Made by a program: the position numbers and the translations under genes. From assembly GCA_030704615.1 (NCBI GenBank), contig CM060733.1, positions 23,870,001 to 23,934,000 on the forward strand: DNA of 64,000 bases, given 5' to 3'. The notes below the pieces were generated by a model, which made no database searches, was not told where the DNA came from, and was given only the letters and a program-made list of their open reading frames with translations. Within the stretch, counting starts at the first letter, position 1, and the number at the start of each line of letters is the position of its first letter. Origin of the DNA: Takakia lepidozioides (Eukaryota; Plantae; Bryophyta). Shown piece by piece: positions 35,668 through 46,083 of the stretch.

Positions 35668-37430
35668 ACGGAAATACGGCGCCGCATTTCCGTATTGCAT
35701 CTTGGTCATGCAACAGAGCGACGGAAATGCGGCACCGAGTTTCCGTCCGGGGAAACCTTTATACTCTCCAGAACGGAAATGCGGTAACGCATTTCCATCC
35801 AGCAAGCACGGTATGTGAAGGTGGAACGGAAATGCGGTACCGCATTTCCGTTCTGATTGAGATTTATGAACAACGGGAACAGAAATGCGGCACCGCATTT
35901 CCGTCCGAGTCGCACTTTTTCGACATTCCAGAACGGAATGCGGCGCCGCATTTCCATTTTGTATCTGATGCATGGAGCTGAGGGATAGAAATGCTGCAGC
36001 ACATTTCCGTCCTTAAAAGACATTCATACTCTCGAGAACGGAAATGCGGTACCGCATTTTCATTCAACAAGCACGGTATGTGAAGGTGGAACGGAAATGC
36101 GGTACCGCATTTCCGTTCTGATTGAGAATTATGAACAACGGAACAGAAATGCGGCACCGCATTTCCGTCCGAGTCGCACTTTTCGACATTCCATAAAGGA
36201 AATGCGGCGCCGCATTTCCATTTGTATCTGATGCCTGGAGCCGAGTAAGATTCCGACAGCTTCATACAGCGCAATTCCGACCGGTTGAGACATTCACACT
36301 ATCCAGAACGGAAATGCGGCACCGCATTTCCGTTCTGACTGAAAATCGTGAACTATCTGAACTGAAATGCGGCACCGTATTTCCATCCGAGTCGCACCTA
36401 CCATCATTCCAGAACGGAAATGCGGCACCGCATTTCCGTTCTGACTGAAAATCGTGAACCATCGGAACTGAAATGCGGCAACGTATTTCCATCCGAGTCG
36501 CACCTACCATCATTCCAGAACGGAAATGCGGCACCGCATTTCCGTTCTGACTGAAAATCGTGAACCATCGGAACTGAAATGCGGCAGCGCATTTCCATCC
36601 GAGTCGCACCTCCCAACATTCCAGAACGGAATGTATTAGATTTAAAAGGGAAATGCGGCACCGCATTTCCGTTCTGATGAAATATCCTGAAACATCGGAA
36701 TTGAAATGCGGTACCGCATTTCCGTCGGAGTCCCACCATCCGACATTCCAAAACGGAAATGCGGCACCGCATTTCCGTTTTGTATGTGAGGCATGGAGCT
36801 GTGGAACGAAAATGCGGGAAGGCATTTCCGCCAGCGTCAGACGTTAATACTCTACAGAACGGAAATGCGGTACCGCATTTCCATTCTGACTGAAAATCGT
36901 GCGCAACGGGTACAGAAATGCGGCACCGCATTTCCGTTCGAGTCGCACCTTCCGACATTCTCGAACGGAAATGCGGCGCCGCATTTCCGTTTTGTATATT
37001 CGGCCTGGAGCTGTGCTACGGAAATGTGTTGCCGCATTTCCATCCATGTGAGACCTTCAACCTTTCCAGACCGGAAATGCGACACCGCATTTCTGTCCAG
37101 GTGAGACCTCTATACTTTCCCGAACGGAAATGTGGCACGGCATTTCCATTCATCAACTAACGTATGTGAAGTGGGAACGGAAATGCGGCGCCGCATTTCC
37201 CTTCTGAATCTCATACATGGAGCTGTGGGACGGAAATGCGGCACCGTATTTCCGTTCAACAACTAAGGTATGTGAAGGTGGAACGGAAATGCGGTGCCGC
37301 ATTTTCTTCCAACAAGTACGGATGTGTAGCTTCGTGATGGTACTTAACGGAAATGCGGCGCCGCATTCGCATTCTCGCTCCAACTCATCAGACGCTGGGA
37401 CGGAAATGCCTTGAAATGTGAACACGTGGA
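35668..37430. repeat. Array of ~30 palindromes GGAAATGCGGYRCCGCATTTCC at ~53-bp spacing
   Basis: Copies read directly at about 35668, 35722, 35774, 35828, 35881, 35934 ... 37285 and 37349, with higher-order ~106-bp and ~265-bp duplications. Confidence 0.95.
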
Positions 37431-37985
37431 GCAACGGAATTGCTGCACATGTCGGCACTCTATCTGACTGAAGGGGCATGAGGCGGCGCGGCCTGACCGT
37501 TGGATAATGATGTTTGATTTTCGGACGGCGGGCGTACCCTCAACGATTCGAATTTCGTAATGACGCAAACTCCACGAGGAGACACTTTCGTCCAACCTTT
37601 CGAACCCAAGTGGTGCATCACCGCCGTTTCATCTACTTTTGTCGTGTCTCCTCAGTCACCCCTCTCGCGCCCTTTCCATCTGCACTCTTTGCCCCTTTTC
37701 CCTCTCTCTGTTCTTCTTATGCTCGAACCTGAGAGGGGGGAGTTCGTGCACCAGACAGGAGACCTCGTCGCAAGCTCCGGAAATTATACTTCGGACGTAG
37801 GCCAATGCCGAAGGGGAGGAAGCAGATGCGTCTACAGGAGGAGATTGCCATCTCCGAGCAGCAGGCCACTCAGGCAACCCAGCCACCAGTGAGAGCTCCA
37901 TGCGATCGGGCTGCGCGCAGCTGATCGAGCACCGAACCCCCCATTTTGCTTCTGTAATTCTTAGACTGAATGCTAGGAGACTTGA

Positions 37986-40900
37986 ATGCAGAACATGTTT
38001 GCATGCCTAACAGGAAAGGTGGACGTGCTGGAGGGATCGCAGGAATCCGAAGAGCCGCAGGAAGAGTCCGAGGAGCTAGCTGCAGCACGTACACCCACCC
38101 GATCCCCGAGCGCGGGTACTCCTGCCGGGCCTAGCCCTCTGCGATTCAAAGACGCGTCTTCGAAGGGCAAGTTCAAAGTCTCAGAGATCGACTCGCGTTC
38201 TTCGATCATGGAGAATCGCCAGCAGGGTCGGGCCCTTCTCCAGCAAAGTCGAAGAAGAAGCAGCCCGTCCCTCTACTGGCTTCTGAACCGGCTCAGGCCG
38301 ATTCACCCCCCCCAACGCGAATGAAGCAGCAGGGTAGAAGACAGATTCTATTGCAGCAGACACCTTCACCTGCAAGGATGAGGAAGCAGAAGGCAATCAG
38401 GGCGACGGCCGAACAATCTCCCGCAAAACCGCTTCCACGAGCTGAAGCTCAGTTCCTGGAGGATTTCCCGCCTGCAGATGTTGGGGCCGACTCTGCTGCA
38501 GCGAAGGCAATGGGATCGACCGTTGATCTCGATTTGGTACCGGAGGAGGGTGCTGCCGCTGAACGTTCGCAGGCAGACCTCACCACCGATGAGCTAGCAG
38601 GCCCGGAGGAGGCCTCTGCAATGGCAGAATTGCCCGCACACAGGCCCCAGAGTGCAGCTCCAGTTGAGGATGCTCCAGCTGCTCAGCCACTACCGGCACC
38701 TACAGACATGTCTCCGGAGGATTTCAAAAGTGCAGCGGATAAAATGTTGGAGGAGACACACAGTAGCATTGGCAGAGTTCTGGGCAGCAGGGTATTCCAG
38801 CGGACTCTTCGAATCCCACTCTGTCGCATGGTCTCCCTTCCCATCGTCAGGCAGGCCCTTCCCGGAGATGTGGATAAGCTCAAGTTCGCATTTCGAGAAG
38901 GGTACCGTCTGGGATCGGCAGCGTTTTACGTTTCCATAGAGAATGAGGACGGCGAAACCCGTGGACCCACTGCCGATGAATTGTCAACGTGGGATACCCA
39001 CTGGCACACTCGCAACCACGAATTCGAGGCGACGCTGAAGGGTGATCCCGACTTCGGCCATATGTCGGGTAAAATGTTCTTTGTGTGGGACGGGAATCAC
39101 CGACTTCTCGCCTGGTGGGAGTACATCAAGCAGAACCATGCCAAGCACATTGGCTGGCATTACATGGTGGAGTGTGTCATCCTCAAGGTGAAGGCGGCAG
39201 ACTCCTCCCTGCTCAAGAATGCCATGGCGGACCTCAACTCGTAAGATACTCATACCCTCCCTAGCACATTCGAAATGCGGTGCCGCATTTCGGTTTCCAT
39301 TCTGGTTTGATTCCGTGCTTCCGTGTACTGAACTGGAGAGTGTGCCTTGCAGGGTCACTGAGAATGCGTACGTGCATACCCACATGGCACATATGCTGTA
39401 CAGGGTGAGGAAAACTGGTCTTACTGATCCGCAGATGTTTGCGGAAATGCTGGAGCCGAGCTCATTCAGAAAGCCGTTGCAAAAACAGACCGGACATGGT
39501 ATCGTCTCACTATGGATGGAATGGTGGAGGTGATATACGAAGTAAGTCGTGCTCCAATTTCCCTCTGCTCATCCTTCCCCAATTTCCAGTAATGTTTCCA
39601 CATGAATCGAATGTAACGCTTCTGCATGTTTTTGTTGGCAGTCAAACATCAAGCTGGATTTGGCCCATGCCAAACGCTTCTTCATGGAAAGTGAGGGGCA
39701 GGTCAAAACGTTGCAGTCATTGACTGAGCACTTGAAGGAAGCCGGTGTCAAGTCCAGAACCAAATACAAGTCAAAGCTTGTGAAGCTGGTGGCAATTGCA
39801 GATCCGGCACTTGGAAAGGACTTCATCCCCGAGATTGCAAAACACTATTCTCGGGCCATGCAGCCGACCATGCAATTGGAGAAACTGCATCACCTCTCAA
39901 CGGCATGTGTGGAGGCGAAAGAGAAGGTGAGGTTTCAATGCACTGAATTTCCTTCCTAGCAATAGCCACTCTCTTCCAGCCCTGACATTGGATCGGAAAT
40001 GGCAGACACGGTGGCTGTCGATCTGGAATGCATCCGAGAGCATAAGGACAATGTGGTCTTTTCCACTGGAAGTTTCCGACCCTGCAGTGGATGTGTGGCT
40101 CAACCGTATGACTTGGTGGTTCCAGGTAATTCAAGGTACTTCCCCAGATTTGCTTTTCTGACATGAATTCCCTGAACTGCTACGTGACAATGCATTTGGG
40201 AATCGCAGGTAATGTCGAATGCGAAGGAGCAAGTCGTAATGCACACAAATTCGTTCGGCTTGTACGTCAAATGGGATGGAACACAGACATTGGAAGACTA
40301 CGTGACACGTTTCAGATGTGCGTACAAGGACAACCTTTTCGCCAGAGAGCTACAGACAGCAAGAAGGAGCGTGGAGTTTACACATCAGGAGGGAGCGGGG
40401 AAAGCTGCAATGCGAATTGTTTACAGGTGAAGCACAGCTGCCCTTGTATGCGAAGCCTGGTTACGAGGTTTGTCTCGGAAATGCGGCACCGCATTCGCAT
40501 TTTATGTTTTCGGTGGCACTCTGCCAGTAGGTTGGTCTCAAGTTTTGCTCACGCATGCTGACTGCCTTGCAGGTATATGAAATACGTGCTCCTTCAGACA
40601 GGGGCCCTGGCTCAAGAGCCCCCGTTCTTCATGGCTTGGACCGTGGCGGGCCCAAGCTGTGTCTACACACCCGAGATGCAGAAACAATGGCATCCCGCGC
40701 ATCTCGTTGGATGCCCGTGGTACCTGGACATGTCTGGCGGTATTGTTGACGAGTCTGAGAAAGATCTGCACGCCTTGGCAGAAGAGAAGAGAAAGGAAAG
40801 ACGTGTCCCTGCTGGGCCAAAGTCGGCAAAGGAATCTGCTGCTCTGGAAGAATCCAGAAAGGCAGCTGAGATGGCACAAAAGACGGTGGATGCAGCTGTG

Positions 40901-42885
40901 CAGGCCCAACAGAAGGGGTCGAAGAAGAGGACTCGCCAGCAAGGAGCAGCTGTTGTGACACCCGCCAAAACGAAGAAGCAGAAACAGCCTGTTCAGGAAG
41001 AGGGTGAGGAAGAGGACTCCGATGGAGACTTTGCAACCAGCCCACCCCCCAAACGCAGGCTGCCTCCCCTGTGCCCACCGTTGTCACGAGAGGCACGAGA
41101 ACTGGCTCGGCAAAGAAGGCACTCTCAACCCCCAGGGGGGCACCCTTTCGAGCCGGTGGAAATGAAGAGGCCGAAAGTGGCTCCCGAAACTGTAGTCCAG
41201 TGTGTAATGAGAGTTTCTTGGCGGCTTTGGATGGACGGGCAGCCAAGTTGGCATACATGAAGACCATGGAGGGTCTGAAGGGGCAGAGCACTGAAGAAGC
41301 GACTGCCGAAGAGCCTTCCGACACCCCGAGGATTTCAGAATATGGTCTCGTTCTTTGAGAGGGTGTGTGCAGACAAGGATTGTAGGAGGGGCGGAAATGC
41401 CACCGAGTGGTCTTGCGATATGATCATCTTGGATATTCCGGACGGAGAGCCTGTGGAAGGACTGCAAGCTTTGCCATCTTGGAACAGGTACTCGGAGGAC
41501 TTTTGGAAGAAGGATTCGGGCTTGCCCGCATGGTGTTGGACGACAGAGGCTGTGTGGTTGTCCTGGCGAGCAGAGGAAAAAACACTCAGACAGGAATTGC
41601 GAAGTGGACCCGCAAGAGCGCCGTCCCGATTCTGAAAAAGAAAGTGGACGTGCATCAACACACTGGGCCTTCGGTCGGAAGGAAGAAGGTGATTACGACA
41701 CTGGCACTCGTCCATTCATTTGCTTGGGTGCTTTCAAATGCGGTGCCGCATTCGGTTTCTAATCGTTTCCCCCTGTGTATGCAGACGAAGCAGTTCGATG
41801 CATACTGCTTTGTGAAGGAAAACTCCACCTTTGCTTCCGGAAGGAGGGAGGAAAGGTTGACCCGAACTGCGACCCACTCGATTACGACGTTCTGTTCAAA
41901 ACGTTCCCAAGGAACTTCTCCCTCATAGCCTCACTTCAACGGAACCCCTGCGGTACTCACGGACTCGGAGCCCTGCCTTCATTCAGACAATTATGGAGAC
42001 ATGCACAGACGTGGAGGGCACAGTGCTGGACCTCATCTGTGGGACAGGTATGCAGAATCTTGATCTCTGCTGTTCTGCAAATTCTCGTTAGGATGTAGTT
42101 CGCAACATCTGAAGCGCCATGTGGGTAATGTGTGGATGGCATTGTAACAGGTGCCTCAATGTGGGCTGGGCGGTTTTCCGACCGGCACCTCTTTGCCTAC
42201 GAGGAGGATTCATCCGTGTGGGGATCCATCTGGAGGGGCTGCAACGGAATGTGAAGGCTCCGACAGAGCGGAAGTCTCCTCGGATTCGTCGGAGTCCGAG
42301 GAAGGAAGACACAGTGGACATTGATGCAGAGGAGAACCGGAATACGAGTGAGTGCAAACATTGTAAGTTTGCAAGCCTTCTGGGTCATTTATGTCAACGG
42401 AATTCCCGACTGTGGTTCTCATTAGTCTCGTTGATGATTGTCATGTGCAGGATTGCAGGGTCCGGGTCGAAACATGTAGGGCCTACACTTCCTGCAGGCC
42501 AGAAGAATGTCCCGTTCTTTGCGAGGGCGGACGACATGACGAGCCCGGTGAGGGACTACTCCCTTCCTAGTTATGCAGCTAAACTCGCAAATACAGCGAT
42601 TAGAAGAAGTGAGAATCCCAGTAAAGTAGAGCAGATTTTGAGAGGGCTAGGGAGGACAGAAGGATAAGGAAAGAGTTGGCAGCAGCTCAGACAGGTAGAC
42701 GGGTACGAAAGTACATATGTGATTCAGCGGATGAGAGCGACGCAGACAGGGAGGAAGACGACCCAACGGAGGTGAGATGGACAGTTCCGCAAGGGGAAGA
42801 TGGGATTTTCGAAAGCCTGGCCAACGAGCAGTCGCTGGAGATGAGAGAGGCACTGAGGGGGTGGAGGAGGAGCAGGACAGTCTAG
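37986..42885 (+). pseudogene. Multi-exon ParB/Srx-like domain + beta-class N4C/N6A DNA methyltransferase-like gene; frameshifted
   Basis: FFVWDGNHRLLAW (~39077-39115); DMIILDIPDG (~41417-41446); LARMVLDDRGCVVVL (~41520-41570); SPAFIQTIMETCTDVEGTVLDLICGT|GASMWAGRFSDRHLFAYEED across intron 42048-42150. Other GT-AG introns include 39241-39352, 40427-40572 and 41689-41784. Confidence 0.75.
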
Positions 42886-43108
42886 AACAGGATGAGGATT
42901 CCGATGATTTTCAGATTAATAGAATTTTAATGAAGTCTCTGTAAATGTAAATTCTCTTCCAGAGTATATAAAGAGAAATTCTGCCCGACATTCGTGACCC
43001 CTCTCCAGTGTGTGCATTCCAGCCACACAATCGCCCAAACCAGGACGCTCCCAAAATCAGAAATGGGTCAGGGCATTTCCAAAATTTGGCAACTCTAAGA
43101 ACCTCTTT

Positions 43109-43830
43109 GGAAATGCGGCACCGCATTCCAAAACAGGGGAGGGACTAATTTTCCATTTCAATGTTGGCATAGTAAAAAGTAATATGAATTGGGAATGCGG
43201 TGCCGCATTTCCAAAATTTCCTTTGTCCACACGCCAGTTTGGCCTCTCCCGCTCATTGCATGGATGCCACCACGCTTACAGAGGTCGAACAAGGAGGTCG
43301 ACAAGGAGGCCGACATGGCGGGATTGGAAATGCGGTGCCGCATTTCCATATTGGGGATGGTGGTTGTTCGAACTGCGAGCCCATCAGCAAAAATTGGCAC
43401 CGCATTCCATTGTAAAAAAAAAGTCGATGACGGACATGGAAATGCGGCGCCGCATTTCCAGAACGGACATCGCAATTTGTCAATTTGCAGACCCTCTCTC
43501 GGAAATGCCGGTAACGCATTCCATCGCGCTGGTCGGAAATAGGTGCACTTTTCGAAGTGTTGGACGGAAATGCGGCACCGCATTCCCTTGTCCAAAAAGA
43601 AGTTTCCATTGCCAACGCTGGAAATGCGTCGCCGCATTTGCAATGCCAACCTCGTTTTCTGATCAATTTATAGACCCGTGTTGGTATTTCGTGTACCTGG
43701 ACGGAAAATGATTGCACCGCATTTTCTTGTCCCACATGGAAATGCGGTGCCGCATTTCGATCCGACTTGGAAATGCGGAGCCGCATTTCGAGTGCCGACA
43801 TGGAAATGCGGTTGACGATTCAATGCCGAA
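43109..43830. repeat. Second, less regular array of the GGAAATGCGGYRCCGCATTTCC palindrome (~11-12 copies)
   Basis: Copies near 43109, 43191, 43326, 43438, 43501, 43566, 43620, 43738 and 43769, plus degenerate ones. Confidence 0.9.
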
Positions 43831-45615
43831 ATGGCGTTACTCTGGTATATTCTTGACACATGACTCACATACCGGTTACTCTGCTTTATTCAACCGACAG
43901 ACAAATTGAGAAAATAGAAAGAGACATCAAATGTAAACAGGGGGGCCAAATCGAGAGTTATTCAAAACAATGAAAACACAGTTTACAGAAGTGAGGTACA
44001 TTCCAGGGCACACTCCAGGGCACATTTAAAATTTCCCCCGTACAGGATCCTGGACCGATGAAGATTGTGCTGCTGCATGAATGTAGCCGTTTCAGTTTCC
44101 TACCCTGCCATGCAAACTATGGGCAGTCACTGCCAGGTGGGCCGATAGCCACTGGACACGACGAAGTCCATCCCCTCTTCGATGTAAATGCGGCGCCGAA
44201 TTTCATCCGGGGGGATGGACTTCGGGTGGCAGAGATCTCAAAACTATAACTTGTTGATGAGAAAGATGTATGGGTTCATCCACCGCTGGCGTGATGAACA
44301 CGTTCCACCTCCGTCGGGGGTACGTGTGACCCAGAATGCTCCATTTTGGAGGCCGGACTGCTCTTCCGCTTCGTATCTTTTTCAAAATCTAAGGGCTTGT
44401 AGCTGTCCGCAAGGTCATCGGCATCCAAGTCGTCTAGGTCCTCCTTTGCAAGGATGCCGTGCTTCCGGAACCGGGCGACTGCCCCTGGAGGCTGGGCATC
44501 GATTATGCAATGTATCGGCCACATCGGGAGACATTGTATCTGGTACACAGATTACACAGAAGATACTGTTCGATTGTGGAAACATTGGTGGCTTTTGAGT
44601 ATATCGTAGGCCACTACGCCTTCGAGCGGGGTGACGATAGTGGTTGAGGAGTCGTGGCTCCTGGCATCCTCGATTCCGATTTCTTTTTTCCCAGCTACGA
44701 CGGTCAACCATGCAGAAGAAGGCGCACTGCTATGCTGTTGCGGTGGAAGCTGCCACTGGACGTGGGTGGACTCAATCGGAGAGAACTAATTCTCCGCGGA
44801 GTGCGCTCCTCTCTCCATTGTATGGGGACATTCGCATTGGTGTGGACGACGAAAACGTGAAGATTTCCATATTCGATGGTGGTATGATTGAAGGGCAGGA
44901 CATGTGTGGTGAACATCACTAGGGGCGGTACAACGGCTGCAATCGACTTTACATGGAGGGAGCCCAGGATCATGAGCTAGTTCTGAGCGCAGTCGAAGTC
45001 CCATTGAAAACGTGACTTGTATTCAGTAGGCACAGGGCTCAGATTTGAGGGCACAATCAGAACAGTTAGAGTGCTTCAAAGCCAATTCTGTGGATCAATA
45101 AAAACCTATGGTGCCTCTTTTATTCTATTATGTGTCAATTGTTACGAGAATGCGTCAGATCATTTCGGTTGGGATTGGGGTGTGGGTGAATTTGGCAAAT
45201 GGCTGGTAGGCTGAAATGGGCCCCCATGTACAGAGCAATACCACCCTACCATGCGCGAACATTGCCTTTCAATATATAATTCTAAATAACAGTGCCGAAC
45301 CTCCTTCATCGGGAGAGTCCTTCTCACCCTATGACCGTGGCACCTAAACCTATTCCAGCGGACACTCATTTCCGGAAAATAGTGCTGCTCATGTTTTTTT
45401 CCACACTTACGACTCTGCTCATGTGCTCATGCCCTCATGGCCATGGCTCAATATGAAATAGAGCCCCACCTTTTTGACACATTGTCCTGGCACTTCATCT
45501 CTGAGGTGGGTCGCAACCCTTGACACTCCGGTATATTTTAAATTAATTTAATTCTGTTCTTCTTCCTTCAGCCATGTCCTGAGGGCTCAGTTGTTCAGCA
45601 AAAGTCCACGCCCTG

Positions 45616-45950
45616 CTAAAGAATCCTATCCATGACTCTCTGAAACTCTGTAGGAGCATTCTTAGCCCCAAATGGTAAGAACCGCCACTTGATATAGGCA
45701 ATCCTTGCCGTGCTCATTGATCCCCAGAATGTCGTCTTCTGCTTGTCCGCCTCCTTGATTGGCAACTGGTGATATCCGGATCGTAAATCCAAAGTGCTAA
45801 AAGACCTTAGCATGCCCGATGGCATCAAAGATCTCTCTGGTGTTGGCATGGCATACTTATCGGACTTGGTCTGACGATTTACAGGCCGGTAACCACCGCA
45901 CATACGTCTCTCCGTCCAATTGCCATAGACATCCTTCTTGGCTGGCATAC
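45616..45950 (-). mobile_element. Ty3/Gypsy reverse transcriptase fragment
   Basis: RMCGGYRPVN, FSTLDLRSGYHQL, KQKTTFWG, LPFGAKNAPTEFQRVMD. Confidence 0.9.
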
Positions 45951-46083
45951 CTTTTCTCCGAGTCTTCATCATCGCCAGCCATCCCTCATTGACAATCTTG
46001 ATCATAGATAGGATTAAGAATGGAAACATGGACATGATCTGCAGTATTCATTTGTTTGACTGGAGAAGATCAGAATAGTGGAA

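Larger units (their letters stand above)
30778..45470. mobile_element. Large Mutator-like element carrying ParB-methyltransferase cargo and palindrome arrays
   Basis: Imperfect inverted termini: GGTGG..CTATTTCAT followed by CATGAGC repeats at 30778-30860, mirrored by GCTCATG repeats and ATGAAATAG..CCACC at 45410-45470. A shared internal palindrome is confined to this interval. No TSD identified. Confidence 0.7.

Noticed and set aside
35668-37430. CRISPR array (palindromic repeat plus ~31-bp spacers)
   Set aside because: Spacers recur in higher-order duplications, repeats are degenerate and also scattered in introns, there are no cas genes, and the context is eukaryotic.
35575-37479. ORFs with repeated EMRCRIS / GNAVPHF / KCGAAF peptides (also 43010-43909)
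   Set aside because: They are translation artefacts of the palindrome and appear in all frames on both strands.
37986-42885. Bacterial or phage contamination as the source of ParB-MTase
   Set aside because: Multiple in-phase GT-AG introns split the coding motifs, and the gene is embedded among plant transposons.
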